DNA of 64,000 nt from Vicinamibacteria bacterium (GTDB lineage Bacteria > Acidobacteriota > Vicinamibacteria > Marinacidobacterales > Marinacidobacteraceae). The position numbers and the translations under genes were made by a program. Where the stretch lies: contig OY821641.1 of assembly GCA_963555995.3 (NCBI GenBank), forward strand, positions 3,264,001-3,328,000, given 5' to 3'. Of the stretch, positions 11,611 to 21,865 are shown one piece after another. A model generated the notes under the pieces. That model did not search any database, was not told the DNA's origin, and saw only the letters and a list, made by a program, of their open reading frames with translations. Position 1 is the first letter of the stretch, and each line of letters opens with the position of its first letter.

Positions 11611-12175
11611 CGCGGGGTCTGCCCGGAGGCCGGTTCCAGTGGACGAGCTCGTCCCACCCCTCGGGCACTGGCAGGATGCGCGCCGGGACCTTCTCGAACA
11701 GATGCTGCATCTTGAGGTCGCCGCGCCGTATCCGCTTCCGAAGCTCCTCCTTCAACGCCCCATGGTAAACGGCGAACAGCGGATGAAAGCGGTCGGACCG
11801 ATAGACGACGGCGCGGATGTCCGCTCGCCGCGCGTTCAGGAGTTCCCGCGCCCACGCGGTCCGGAACCCCACCTGGTCGCAGGCGGCGAGGAAGACCCAG
11901 GGCGCGGGCGCCGCGTCCTCGAGGGCGGTGAGCAGCCCGCCCATGGGACCCTTTCCCGCAATGGAGTCCGCGAGGGTCGGCAGCCCGAGATCGTCGTAGC
12001 TTCCGGGGGAACGCGCGACCACGCGGATCGTGGAAGCGATCCCTTCCAGGTCGCGCGCCACCCGCGCCAGCAGGGGCTGCCCATCCAGCAGCGCGCGCGC
12101 CTTGTCGCCGCCGAAGCGCCGGCTGCGGCCCCCCGCCAGGATATAGACGGGTACGCCCGCGTCTCCCGGACTCAA
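11603..12175 (-). CDS. mobA: Molybdenum cofactor guanylyltransferase
   Basis: ILAGGRSRRFGGDKA, GPMGGL, ACD, HPLFAVY. Confidence 0.9.
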   Translation of the reverse strand: MSPGDAGVPVYILAGGRSRRFGGDKARALLDGQPLLARVARDLEGIASTIRVVARSPGSYDDLGLPTLADSIAGKGPMGGLLTALEDAAPAPWVFLAACDQVGFRTAWARELLNARRADIRAVVYRSDRFHPLFAVYHGALKEELRKRIRRGDLKMQHLFEKVPARILPVPEGWDELVHWNRPPGRPRGG

Positions 12176-12206
12176 CGGCTTCCCCGGGGATCCGGAGGCT
12201 CCCCCG

Positions 12207-13757
12207 TCAGTTCCCCGCGAGCGCGTTGCGGATGATGCCGTGGACCCGCGTGTTCTCCCCGATGCCGAGTACGCCGTCGGCCCCGGGGCCGTAGCCGAGG
12301 AGCAGCACCGGCTCCGAAGTGTGGCCGCCGGTGGACCAGACGACCTGCGTGTGGTTCGCGAGTTTTTCGGCGGCGAGCGCTACGGGGACGGTGAACGAGT
12401 CGAGGTAGTAGGTTGCATAGTCGCGCGGCGCGGGGTCTTCCGCGTTGAGTTGTTCCGCGAGATCGGCAGCCTCTTCGTCGGTAAGCCGGATCCCCGTCGC
12501 TTCCTCGATCACGGCGAGCACCGAATCCACGGTCGCCGGGGAGGAGATCTCCGGCATGGCCTCGATCAGGGAACGGCGCTGGGCGGCGAGCAGCTCCAGG
12601 TGCCGGTTCCCGGCCATCTCCGGGCCGGAGGAGTAGTCCGGGAACACCGTCTCCGGGAGGGGACCCGGCCCGCCGGGGCCGTAGGTGAACGAAAAGCCCC
12701 CGGTCCCATGATCGGCGGTCACCAGTACCAGGGTGTCCTCGCGAGCCCGTGCGAAGTCGAAACCGACCCCGACCGCTTCGTCGTAGTCCAGGATCTCGGC
12801 CAGCATCGCTCCCGCGTCGTTCTCGTGCCCGGCATAGTCAATCAGGCCGCCCTCGACCACGAGGAAGAAACCCTCTTCGTCTCCCTCGAGCGAGGCGATC
12901 GCGGCGCCGGTGAGTTCGGCAAGCGTCGGCACGGCGTCATCCAGTCCGTCCCACGACCGGTCGAGCACGTAGGGGAGGTGGCTCGCGGCGAAGACGCCGA
13001 CGAGACGCTCCGCGCCACGGGCCGCTTCCAGCCCGGCGCGGTCGCCGACGACGGTGAAGCCGCGCGCCGCCGCCTCGGCGATCAGGTCGCGGCCATCGCT
13101 GCGGTTCGAGGCGCCGTCGGTTCCCTCCGGCAGACCGGGCACGCTGTCCTTGACGTTCGTCCCCTGCGGGACCATCGCCCGGCCGCCTCCGCCGAGCAGC
13201 ACCTCGACCTCGGGTTCCGCGAACAACTGGTCGGCGAGTTCGGGCTCGGGCACGTAGCGCGACTTGGCGTGGACCTTGAAGGCGGCCGGGGTGGCGTGGG
13301 TCAGGCGCATGTTGGACACCAGGCCGGTGGCGAGGCCCCGCTCCTCGGCCCATTCCAGGACCGTCGGCAGAGGCTCGGCGGTTTCCGGGTCCACGCTGAG
13401 GGTCTCGGTGAGCACCCGCGCTCCCGTCGCCATCTGGGTGGCGGCGGCCGCGGAGTCGGTGGTGATCCGCGCGTAGGAGAAGGGAATCGCATAACCGGCG
13501 CTCCCCGCGTTCGCCAGTTCGGCCATCCGCAGCGGGCGGCCCTCGACCTCGGAGGCGTAGGCCAGCCCCAGCGCGAGCTGGTTCATCCCGAAGCCGTCCC
13601 CGATGAAGAGGATGACGTTCTTCGCCCGCTGCGGCTCCGGCGGCGCACACGCCGGCCCGGCCAGTCCGAAGACGAGGACGGTGAGCGAAAGGATCGCGGC
13701 GAAAGGACGCCGCGTGGGTTCTACTGGCCGGTCAGGGCCGCGTAGTTGTCCTTGCAA
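12207..13757 (-). CDS. Alkaline phosphatase (lipoprotein-like; start uncertain)
   Basis: KNVILFIGDGFG, TDSAAAAT, THATPAAF, EGGLIDYAGHEND, TADHGTGG, GGHTSEPV. Confidence 0.88.
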   Translation of the reverse strand: MQGQLRGPDRPVEPTRRPFAAILSLTVLVFGLAGPACAPPEPQRAKNVILFIGDGFGMNQLALGLAYASEVEGRPLRMAELANAGSAGYAIPFSYARITTDSAAAATQMATGARVLTETLSVDPETAEPLPTVLEWAEERGLATGLVSNMRLTHATPAAFKVHAKSRYVPEPELADQLFAEPEVEVLLGGGGRAMVPQGTNVKDSVPGLPEGTDGASNRSDGRDLIAEAAARGFTVVGDRAGLEAARGAERLVGVFAASHLPYVLDRSWDGLDDAVPTLAELTGAAIASLEGDEEGFFLVVEGGLIDYAGHENDAGAMLAEILDYDEAVGVGFDFARAREDTLVLVTADHGTGGFSFTYGPGGPGPLPETVFPDYSSGPEMAGNRHLELLAAQRRSLIEAMPEISSPATVDSVLAVIEEATGIRLTDEEAADLAEQLNAEDPAPRDYATYYLDSFTVPVALAAEKLANHTQVVWSTGGHTSEPVLLLGYGPGADGVLGIGENTRVHGIIRNALAGN

Positions 13758-14251
13758 AACTCCTCCAGTTGCCCGGCCAGATGGCTGGCGGCGTTGCGCA
13801 GGCTGGGCCCGGTCTCCCGTTCGTCCAGCCCGGTCAGGTTCTGGCGCAGCGCTCCGGCGAGCGCCACCGCGTCCACGTAGTGGAACTCCACGATCTCGCT
13901 GCGCTCGACCAGCTCCACCCGGCCATTGATGATCAGCCGCTCGAGCTTGGGCAGCATCATCTGCGACGTCCGGTAGTTGATGACGCGCACCGTGATCGCC
14001 GCGTCCTCCGCGGTGTTCACGATGCGAAACCAGTTCCGCCGGCTGCGGACGCGGTCCTGAATCTCCCGGGCGGCAGTCTCCAGCCCTTCCCGCAGTTCCG
14101 GATCCTCCGGCTCGCTCGGATGCACGAAGACGCTGAAGGGCTCGGGAGGGCGGCGGGGCGCCTGGACGCCGGCCGAAGCTGCAAGACCGGTCAGAAGCAG
14201 GACTGCGGCGAACGCCGCCGGGCGCGGATGCCGGAATCGGTGGATGGTCAT
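13721..14251 (-). CDS. Secreted hypothetical protein, paralog 1 of 4
   Basis: Signal peptide; APRRPPEPFSVFV...YVDAVALAG...SLRNAASHL...FCKDNYAAL shared with neighbouring genes. Confidence 0.75.
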   Translation of the reverse strand: MTIHRFRHPRPAAFAAVLLLTGLAASAGVQAPRRPPEPFSVFVHPSEPEDPELREGLETAAREIQDRVRSRRNWFRIVNTAEDAAITVRVINYRTSQMMLPKLERLIINGRVELVERSEIVEFHYVDAVALAGALRQNLTGLDERETGPSLRNAASHLAGQLEEFCKDNYAALTGQ

Positions 14252-14254
14252 GAC

Positions 14255-14560
14255 GCCCTCCCCGGGGTGCGCGAAACCTTCGTGATCGGGTCCTCCTGCA
14301 CACCCTGCCAGGCATGAAAACGGCGGAGACCGCTGGGAGCGCCGGTCTTCAGACCGGCACCGCGGGCCGAAGGCCCGCAGATATCGTGTCGCAATTCGCA
14401 CTGATGAACCAGAAGCGGAACGCCACCGCGCCGGTCGGCGTCGTGCCGCGCGCTGCGCGGTGGCGCAGCGCGTGCCGGTCTGAAGACCGGCGCTCCCAGC
14501 CAGCGGCGCAACCCGCGCTGGTGGACGTTTCGCTGAAACCGCATTCTCACCGCAAACCGA
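14255..14560 (-). repeat. REPIN-like module, inverted copy of the module at ~54255-54550
   Basis: REPs at 14336-14360 and 14472-14496; flanks CCAGGCATGAAAACGGCGGA and GCATTCTCACCGCAAAC match the reverse complement of the 54 kb copy. Confidence 0.75.
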
Positions 14561-14686
14561 ACCCGCGAGCCTCCCGCTCGGGAATCATCGCACGGAGGGC
14601 CGGAGCGCAGTTTCCGCGAGGCCATTGCGAAGAACCTCCGACCCGAACGAGCCGTCAGGCCCCGCTCGGGGGGCCGGTGATCCCGG

Positions 14687-15208
14687 CTACCGGGGCGTCG
14701 CCGGCTTCCGGTGCCCGCTGAGGGCGGCGTAGTTTTCCTTGCAGAACCGTTCCAGCTCTTCCGCCAGGTGGCTGGCGGCGTTCCGGAGGCTCGCTCGCAG
14801 GAGCGCGGGACGCTGGTCCAGGCCGGACAGTTTCTCGCGGGCCGTTCCCGCGATGGCAACGGCGTCCACGAAGACCAGCTCGACGGTGGGACCCTCGTAC
14901 CAGCCCCACTTGTGCGCGTGGGAATTGTGGTAGTTGACGATGCGCAGCACCACATCCGCCGCTTCCGCGGATTCGGCCAGTTGGAACCACTTCCGCCGCT
15001 CCACCCGCTCCCGAACCATCGGGACGGCTTCCTCGAGCCGCGCCTTCAACTCGGCATCGGCCGGATCGCCCGTCTGCACGAACACCCGAAACGGCTCCGG
15101 GGGACGCCGCGGCGCCTCGTCCTGCCCGCTGGCGGGATGACTGCCCAGCGTCGCGAGGAGAAGCGGGAGCGCCAGGGCCCAGGTTCGGGCCGAACCGTTC
15201 CGGATCAC
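14687..15208 (-). CDS. Secreted hypothetical protein, paralog 2 of 4
   Basis: Signal peptide; APRRPPEPFRVFV, FVDAVAIAG, SLRNAASHLAEELERFCKENY. Confidence 0.78.
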   Translation of the reverse strand: MIRNGSARTWALALPLLLATLGSHPASGQDEAPRRPPEPFRVFVQTGDPADAELKARLEEAVPMVRERVERRKWFQLAESAEAADVVLRIVNYHNSHAHKWGWYEGPTVELVFVDAVAIAGTAREKLSGLDQRPALLRASLRNAASHLAEELERFCKENYAALSGHRKPATPR

Positions 15209-15771
15209 CTTGGCGTCTCCCCGCGCTCCCGCTTCGCCTGCGCCCTTGCGCGGCTCACGGCGCCGTAGTTGTCCTTGGTGAACCGCTCCAGTTCTTCGGC
15301 CAGGTGACCGGCGGCGCTCCGGAGGCTCGGCCTCTCGTCAACGCACCGATGGTCCAGTCCCGAAAGCGCCGCCCGTGCGTCACCAGCCAGAGCGACCGCA
15401 TCCACGTAGTGATACCCCGTCGCCCAGCAGGTGAACATGGATTCGGTCTGGCCGCCGCGGACCGACAGGTTGAGGTTCGCCTGCCGATAGTGAGTGATCC
15501 GCAGCGTGATTTCGGCCGTCTCGGCGGAGTCCACCAGCCGGAACCACTTGTTGCGCCGCATCACGCGTTCCCGGACCATCGGCAACGCATCATCCAGGGT
15601 CGCCTGCACGGCGGCATCGGCGGCAGGGGTGGCATGGACGAAGACCCGAAACGGCTCAGAAGGACGCCGCGGCGCCTTGTCCTGCCCGGCGGCGGCAGCC
15701 GCCAGCGCGAGGAGCGCGATGGGCGGAAGAATCAGGCCCGCCATCCGGGCCGTGGTCCAACGCGAAGGCAT
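15205..15771 (-). CDS. Secreted hypothetical protein, paralog 3 of 4
   Basis: Signal peptide; APRRPSEPFRVFV, YVDAVALAG, SLRSAAGHLAEELERFTKDNY; 4-nt overlap with paralog 2. Confidence 0.78.
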   Translation of the reverse strand: MPSRWTTARMAGLILPPIALLALAAAAAGQDKAPRRPSEPFRVFVHATPAADAAVQATLDDALPMVRERVMRRNKWFRLVDSAETAEITLRITHYRQANLNLSVRGGQTESMFTCWATGYHYVDAVALAGDARAALSGLDHRCVDERPSLRSAAGHLAEELERFTKDNYGAVSRARAQAKRERGETPR

Positions 15772-15774
15772 GGC

Positions 15775-16311
15775 TCAGCGGGACCCGCCGCCTGACTCCT
15801 GCGCGAACGCCTTGAGCCGGCGGACGAAGTCGGTGGCGGCGGACCGGAAACTGCCCGTCTCGGTCGCGCCGGTGCCGGAGGCCTGGAGGTGTTTCCGGTT
15901 GCCGTCCACCCGCACGACCGCGTCGAACGAAAAGAAATCGCTCCCCCGGGCTTCGAAGACGCGGTTCGGGGTGAATCCGGCGGGGCCGCCCACATGCCTC
16001 GGCTCGCCCGTGACGGCCTGCGCATCGAAGATCGTCACCCGAACGTCCGCTTCGTCGGCCGTCTCCACCACCCGGAACCGCTCGGGAAGGTCCACCAACT
16101 CGTCCGTGAGTGCGATCACCGCATTGGTGAGCCGGACGTCCAGATCGGCGTCCACCTCACCCGCCCGCGACACGAAGACCGAAAACGGCTCGGAAGATTG
16201 CGGCGGCGTTGTCTCGGCGCTCGGCATCGCCACCGCAACCGCCGCGACCGCAGCCAGAACGGCCAGGGCCGCCGCAAGACCCCAACCCCGAGGGGAAGAA
16301 GAGTTCCGCAT
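15775..16311 (-). CDS. Secreted hypothetical protein, diverged paralog 4 of 4
   Basis: RBS GAGGAGG; signal peptide; SEPFSVFV, FRVVETADEADV, SFDAVV, SFRSAA. Confidence 0.7.
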   Translation of the reverse strand: MRNSSSPRGWGLAAALAVLAAVAAVAVAMPSAETTPPQSSEPFSVFVSRAGEVDADLDVRLTNAVIALTDELVDLPERFRVVETADEADVRVTIFDAQAVTGEPRHVGGPAGFTPNRVFEARGSDFFSFDAVVRVDGNRKHLQASGTGATETGSFRSAATDFVRRLKAFAQESGGGSR

Positions 16312-16388
16312 ATCGCCCTCCTCGCAAGAGCCTGGGGCAAGCAAGGCCCATGCTACGGGTGCGCTCGCCGGCAGCGCAAAGGCGAACC

Positions 16389-17741
16389 TCAGCCGTCCGC
16401 GGAACCAGGGGCGAACCGGTCGGCGGCCGGGGCGAACGCCTCGATCTCCTCGCCCCACTGGAAGGCGCCGGCCACCGATTCCTGAAGGGACAGCTTCACG
16501 ACCTCGCCGGGGTCCGGGAACAACCGCCGCTCGAGATCCGCGATCCGCTCGGGCTCCGAGCGGGTGCGGGGCGACCCGGCGATGAGGGCGCAGCAGTCCT
16601 TCGCCGGGACGGCGGAGATCTCCCAGGTGCCGATCGTCCGGGCCCGGTCCATGATCGCCACCTTGTCGAGCCCCACCAGCGGCCGCAGGACGGGCAGCGA
16701 GAGCGCGGCGTCCACGCTGATGAGGTTCTCGAGCGTCTGGGACGCGACCTGGGAGAGGCTGTCGCCGGTGGCCAGCGCCGCCGCGCCGAACTTCCGGGCC
16801 ACGGCTTGGCCGCAACGGAAGGCGAACCGCCGGAACAGCACGGCCTCGTGGCCGCTCCGGCTGCCGGTGAGCCGCAGGTCGAAGTGGGTGTACGGAACGA
16901 GCACCAGCCGCGAGCGACCGGTATAGCGCGAGAGGACGCGGACCAGGTCCGCCGCCTTGCGGGCGGTGGCGGAGGACGGGTCCGGGCGGGAGGGCGTGAG
17001 GTGGACGAAGTCGAGCGACGCTCCCCTGCCCGCCATCATCCAGGCCGCCACCGGCGAGTCGAACCCGCCGGAGAGCATCCCCACCAGCCGGCCCGCGACG
17101 CCGACCGGAAGCCCGCCGGGACCCTTCACGCGGCGCGTCCAGAGGTAGATGGCTTCCTCGTGAGGCTCGATGAAGACCGTCAGCGCCGGGTTCGACAGAT
17201 CCACCCGGTCCCAGGCGGTGCGCTCCAGGATGGCGCGCCCCACCGACTCGGCGATGGCCTGCGAGCGGATGGGGAAGTTCCGGTCCCGGCGCCGCACCCG
17301 CAGGGCGAAGCCCGTCTCGGGTTCCGGCCGCTCCCGGGCCGCCAGTCCGCAGGCGAGCGACGTCGTGTCGTCCAGCAGCCGGTCGGGTGAAAGGGCCTCG
17401 CCGCGCGGGCGGGGAATCACGAAACACGGCAGCGCCAATTCGACCCCGAAGATCGTGGAGATCACCGCGAGCGCCCGATCGAGCTCCGCGTCTTCTTCGG
17501 GCGGAACCTCGATCCAGACCCGGTCGCCCGCAGAACTCGCCCGCCAGCGCAGCCCGATGCCGCGGAGCCGCTGTCCCAGGTTGCGCTTCAGCGCTTCCCG
17601 GAAGGAGGGCCGGTTTCGGCCCTTGATACGGATCTCCGGCGAGCGGATGAGGATGCGCCGCGGTGCGTCCGGGGCCGGATGCGCGGCCGCGCCCGCGAGC
17701 GGCCCCGCTTCGGCTGGCGGGTGGGGAAGACGTTCCTGCAC
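16389..17741 (-). CDS. thiI: tRNA 4-thiouridine synthase ThiI (THUMP + PP-loop; start uncertain)
   Basis: EIRIKGRNR, GPGGLPVG, LSGGFDSPVA, GDSLSQVASQTLEN, RPLVGLDK, DCC; no rhodanese domain. Confidence 0.9.
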   Translation of the reverse strand: MQERLPHPPAEAGPLAGAAAHPAPDAPRRILIRSPEIRIKGRNRPSFREALKRNLGQRLRGIGLRWRASSAGDRVWIEVPPEEDAELDRALAVISTIFGVELALPCFVIPRPRGEALSPDRLLDDTTSLACGLAARERPEPETGFALRVRRRDRNFPIRSQAIAESVGRAILERTAWDRVDLSNPALTVFIEPHEEAIYLWTRRVKGPGGLPVGVAGRLVGMLSGGFDSPVAAWMMAGRGASLDFVHLTPSRPDPSSATARKAADLVRVLSRYTGRSRLVLVPYTHFDLRLTGSRSGHEAVLFRRFAFRCGQAVARKFGAAALATGDSLSQVASQTLENLISVDAALSLPVLRPLVGLDKVAIMDRARTIGTWEISAVPAKDCCALIAGSPRTRSEPERIADLERRLFPDPGEVVKLSLQESVAGAFQWGEEIEAFAPAADRFAPGSADG

Positions 17742-17894
17742 GGCGGGCCGGGAGTGTGCCCTCCCGAAGGCGATGGTACGCGGACCCGGCGTAGGGATTG
17801 AGGAACAGCCGGTGGCAAGAGTGCCGAGCGTTACGACGAGCGCTGACCTGCGGCCAGCGCGTGCCGCTCTGAAGAGCGGCGTTCCCGCATCGGG

Positions 17895-17971
<77 letters not shown>

Positions 17972-17989
17972 AACCCGATGCGACCACGC

Positions 17990-18066
17990 TGGTACGCCTG
18001 AGAGGATTCGAACCTCTGACTTCTTGCTCCGGAGGCAAGCGCTCTAATCCACTGAGCTACAGGCGC
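17990..18066 (-). tRNA. tRNA-Arg (CCG)
   Basis: GCGCCTGTAGCTCAG...CTTGCCT-CCG-GAGCAAG...GGTTCGAATCC...ACCA. Confidence 0.95.
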
Positions 18067-18092
18067 TCCCAGCGGAACGCGGAAGGTTACCG

Positions 18093-19058
18093 CTACGGCC
18101 GCCCTCCGGCCAGCCGCCGGAGCAGTTCCTCCTTCAGTTGGGGATCCGGGGTATGGCACCAGGTCACGGGCCATCCCTCCGGCGCGTCGGTCCGGACGAG
18201 CCACGGTTTTGTCTCTCCGGTGTCCGAGTACCCGTCGGCGGGTCCCTCCCGGACGACCACCGAGGTCCGGTCGCAACGGAGGAGTTCCGGGGCCACCAGA
18301 AAGGACACCGCAAAGGAATCGAACGGATAGGTCGCCCGCCGCCCGTAGTGTTCGCCGAACCAGTCGAGATAGTCCTCGATCGGACGGCGGAAGAACTCCC
18401 CGAACGGGGTGTCCCAGACCGACGCCCATTCCTCCGCAGCGATCGGCAGCTTCGCGGCGAGTTCGAACGGGGCCAGGACCACCGGGGCGCCGCTTCCCAC
18501 GACGACCTCCGCCGCCTCCGGGTCCAGTTCGAAGTTGAAGTCGAGGAGGTTCGGGCCGCCGCCGGGGAACGTGAGGGCCTCCCCGGCGCGCCGGCCGATC
18601 ACCAGGATCACCGTCTCGAGGCGGCCCGCGAGGTCGGGCCGCTCCCGGAGGGCGGCGGCCACGTTGGTCGCCGGCCCGAGCGCCAGCACCGTGAGCGGTT
18701 CCCGTTCGAGCGCCGCGATGAGGGCGCGGGACGCCGGGGTCGGGTCCGGGGAAGACCAGGCGCTCCCCTGGTACACCCGGACGTCCTCCCGAGCGAAGCG
18801 GGCCACGATCTCCCAGGCGATGGCGTAGCCGCGCTCCACCGGCGCGTTCCCGAACACCACGCTCACCCCGGCGACCCGCAGCTCGGGCGAATGGAACGCC
18901 TGGACCATGGCGACCCCGTCGTCGGGCTCGTGACCGCCGGGCATGACCGCGGGGTCCACGTCGAGCCAGACGGCGCGGGGAGGCGGCGGACCGGCGGTTC
19001 CGGCGCAGGCGCCGGCGAGCAGCGCCCCCGCCGCCAGCGAAGCGCGCGCGGCGCTCAA
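18093..19058 (-). CDS. Nucleoside hydrolase (IUNH family), lipoprotein-like
   Basis: WLDVDP...PDDG, VFGN, LGPATNVA, FNFELDPEAA, PFD; LAGAC lipobox-like; TTG start overlaps the upstream stop. Confidence 0.85.
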   Translation of the reverse strand: MSAARASLAAGALLAGACAGTAGPPPPRAVWLDVDPAVMPGGHEPDDGVAMVQAFHSPELRVAGVSVVFGNAPVERGYAIAWEIVARFAREDVRVYQGSAWSSPDPTPASRALIAALEREPLTVLALGPATNVAAALRERPDLAGRLETVILVIGRRAGEALTFPGGGPNLLDFNFELDPEAAEVVVGSGAPVVLAPFELAAKLPIAAEEWASVWDTPFGEFFRRPIEDYLDWFGEHYGRRATYPFDSFAVSFLVAPELLRCDRTSVVVREGPADGYSDTGETKPWLVRTDAPEGWPVTWCHTPDPQLKEELLRRLAGGRP

Positions 19059-20971
19059 ACCCCGACGGGGGTTCCGGCGGCGCGTTCTTCCACCGGAGCT
19101 TCGACCGCTGCCGGCGGGTCGTACGGATTCGGGACGCGGTCTTCCAGCAGGGTGGGGAAGCCGCCCTTCAGGAAGCCCTGGGCGAGCGCGTAGGTCTCCT
19201 CGTCCCGGTTCCGCCGGAGGCCGCGCCGCAACGCGCCGATGCGGACGCGCGAACCCGCGCAGAAGTCCTCGACCAGCGGCAGCACGTCTTCTTTCGGCTC
19301 GCCGCGGGCGAGGAGCGCCTCGGCGCGGACCACAGTGGCCACCTGCGCGTAGAGCTCCGCACCGAAGTCCACGAAGCGCCAGAGGAGCATCTGCCGCTTC
19401 TCCAAGCCGGGGCCGTATCGCAGCATCGCGTGGAAGAGGCTGCGCGCCAGCCGGCGGCTGCTCTTCGCCACGAAACGGAGATGGCGCCGCGCCCAGGCCT
19501 CGCCGCCGGAGGGTGCTCCGGCCGGCAGCCACTGCCGCAGGTACCAGGGGACGTAGAAGAGCGCGGCGCGGACGGCAGTCGCGAGCCGCTTCGAGAGCGG
19601 CAGCGAGGGGTTCATGACCGCCCCCGCCCGGCTCAGGTGCGGGTCCATGACCTCGCGCGCGATGAAGAGGCGCAGGATCTCGCTCGAACCCTCGAAGATC
19701 GTGTTGATCCGGTTGTCGCGGAGCGTCCGTTCCGCCGGGAACGGCCGCTCGCCCCGCGCGGCGAGCGACCGGGCAGTCTCGTAGCCCCGTCCGCCCAATA
19801 CCTGGACGGTCTCGTCGGCGATCCGCCACGCCGCCTCGCTCGCGTACATCTTGGAGATGGCGGCCTCGATGCGGATGTCCGCCCCGCCGATGTCCACGAG
19901 CAGCGAGGTGAGATCGGACATTGCGTCCATGGCGAAGGTCGTCGAGGCCATCCGCCCGATCTTGTCGGCGATCGCCGCGTGCTCGCCGATCGGCGCTCCC
20001 CACTGCACCCGCTCCCGCGCCCAGGTCCGGGAGATGTAGAGCGAGCGCTTGGCGGTCCCGATGCAGATCCCGGGGAGGGTGAGCCGTCCCGTGTTCAGCG
20101 TCGTGAGGGCGACCCGCAGCCCCTTCCCGACCGGGCCCAGGACGTTCTCGCGGGGAATCCGGACGTCGGTGAACCGCATCACCCCGTTGTAGAGCGCCTT
20201 GAGCCCCATGAAGCGGCAGCGGCGCACGACTTCGACGCCCGGCCAGCGCGTGTCCACGATGAAGGTGGTGATGCCGGCCCGGCCGCCGGGCGTCTCGGCC
20301 GGCGTGCGCGCCATCACCACCAGCCAGCGCGCCTTCGTGCCGTTCGTGCACCAGAGCTTCTCGCCGTTCAGGACGAAGAACCGGCCGTCCGGGGTCGGCT
20401 CGGCGTGCGCCTGCATGCGGGCGGCGTCGGAGCCCACCGTGGTCTCGGTGAGCGCGAACGCCGAAATGTCGCCAGCCGCCACCTGGGGCAGGAACTCCGC
20501 CTTCTGTTCCTCGGTTCCGAACAACAGGATGGGCTGGGCGATCCCGATGGACTGGTGGGCCGAGAGGAGCGAGGCCAGGTTCCCGCAGTGGCTGCCGAGG
20601 AGGATGGCGGCCCGGGTGTAGGTCCGCTGCGACAGGCCGAGCCCTCCGTAACGCGTGGGGATCTTGATCCCGAAGGCGCCCATCGCCGCCAGGTCCCCGA
20701 GCACCCGGTCGGGAATCTCGCCGGTGCGGTCAATCTCGTCGGCGTCCACCTCCTCGAGGAGATACGACTCCAGCCGCCCGAGGAAGGCTTCTCCCTCCGG
20801 CTCGACCCCACTGTCGGGGTAGGGGCGCACGATCCCGGTGGACAGCCGCCCGAGGAAGAGCCCCCCGGCGAAGGTCGGGTAGCGCCATCCCGTCTCGCGC
20901 GCCGCCTCCGCGAGTTCGAACGCGGCGCGCTTGCCGGCCGACATCCGGGACGTGTCGATCGCGGTGGTCAT
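19055..20971 (-). CDS. Acyl-CoA dehydrogenase (FadE10-like long form)
   Basis: SAFALTE...GSDA, NGEKLWCTNG, LNTGRL, QVLGGRGY, RINTIFEGSSEI. Confidence 0.92.
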   Translation of the reverse strand: MTTAIDTSRMSAGKRAAFELAEAARETGWRYPTFAGGLFLGRLSTGIVRPYPDSGVEPEGEAFLGRLESYLLEEVDADEIDRTGEIPDRVLGDLAAMGAFGIKIPTRYGGLGLSQRTYTRAAILLGSHCGNLASLLSAHQSIGIAQPILLFGTEEQKAEFLPQVAAGDISAFALTETTVGSDAARMQAHAEPTPDGRFFVLNGEKLWCTNGTKARWLVVMARTPAETPGGRAGITTFIVDTRWPGVEVVRRCRFMGLKALYNGVMRFTDVRIPRENVLGPVGKGLRVALTTLNTGRLTLPGICIGTAKRSLYISRTWARERVQWGAPIGEHAAIADKIGRMASTTFAMDAMSDLTSLLVDIGGADIRIEAAISKMYASEAAWRIADETVQVLGGRGYETARSLAARGERPFPAERTLRDNRINTIFEGSSEILRLFIAREVMDPHLSRAGAVMNPSLPLSKRLATAVRAALFYVPWYLRQWLPAGAPSGGEAWARRHLRFVAKSSRRLARSLFHAMLRYGPGLEKRQMLLWRFVDFGAELYAQVATVVRAEALLARGEPKEDVLPLVEDFCAGSRVRIGALRRGLRRNRDEETYALAQGFLKGGFPTLLEDRVPNPYDPPAAVEAPVEERAAGTPVGV

Positions 20972-21147
20972 GGCGGGCTCCCGATTCTACGCGCCTCACG
21001 GTCGCGCCGGGCGTTGAGCCCCGCTATCCTCCAAGGCACGGACTTCGGCTGGCGGACCCCCTTGGGTGGCGGGGCTGTTTCTCCGATTTGCCTTTCGGAA
21101 TGTTCCGGGACGCCGATCCGCCGAGCAGTCCGACGGGAGGAGATCCG

Positions 21148-21582
21148 ATGACCAGCCTGCTAGCGATGCTTCTCGCGCTGCCCAGCGCAGTCGAGTGGAA
21201 GACCTTCGAGTACATGGGGGTGCACGGAGCCGAATTCGTCGTCGGCGCCCACACCGGGATCATGGTCCAGTGCAACGAGGAGCAGGAGCAGATCCTCCTG
21301 ACCGTCCACGTCCCGCACGGAGACAACGCCCCGTCCCGGCGGCAGCAGCGGACGCTCTACGTGCAGCTCGACGGCGGGGACACCCGGACCATCGAAAAGA
21401 CGGAGGACCGGCCCTTTCCCGGGGTCTTCCAGTTCGAGCCGGAGGAATGGCTCGTGGACTTCCTGCTCGCCGGCGGCAGCCTGGCGGTTCGCTTCGAGGG
21501 CGAGACGATGGAGGCGCCGGTGGACGCGGCCATCATGGAGACGACCCTCGACCACTGCACGGGCGGCGTGCACGTCCACTGA
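21148..21582 (+). CDS. Hypothetical exported protein
   Basis: GGAGGAG RBS, hydrophobic N-terminus, two Cys, host-like codon usage. Confidence 0.6.
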   Translation: MTSLLAMLLALPSAVEWKTFEYMGVHGAEFVVGAHTGIMVQCNEEQEQILLTVHVPHGDNAPSRRQQRTLYVQLDGGDTRTIEKTEDRPFPGVFQFEPEEWLVDFLLAGGSLAVRFEGETMEAPVDAAIMETTLDHCTGGVHVH

Positions 21583-21588
21583 ACTGAA

Positions 21589-21832
21589 CAGCCTGTAGCA
21601 ACCCCCGCGGCCCCGGTGCTGCGAAAACGCAGTCGTGCGGGGTTGCCCAACAGCCCTGATGGCGCCGTCGGCCTGGAACGCCGGCTTCAGCCGGCACAGC
21701 GGCCCGCAGGGCCGCGGGCGGTTCGTCGCTATCCCGGGTGCATTGGCGCGCAGCCGCGCCATCCCGGCGAATGAGGTCCGTCTCGCCGCCCGCCTACGGC
21801 GGGCTGTGCCGGCTGAAGCCGGCGTTCCAAGC
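21589..21832. repeat. MITE-left-end plus REPIN module
   Basis: CAGCCTGTAGCAACCCC end, GCTGCGAAAACGCAG box, REPs at 21675-21697 and 21806-21828 (inverted). Confidence 0.72.
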
Positions 21833-21865
21833 CGGTTCCCGCCACCCGGGGCTCCGGTCCCCGAG

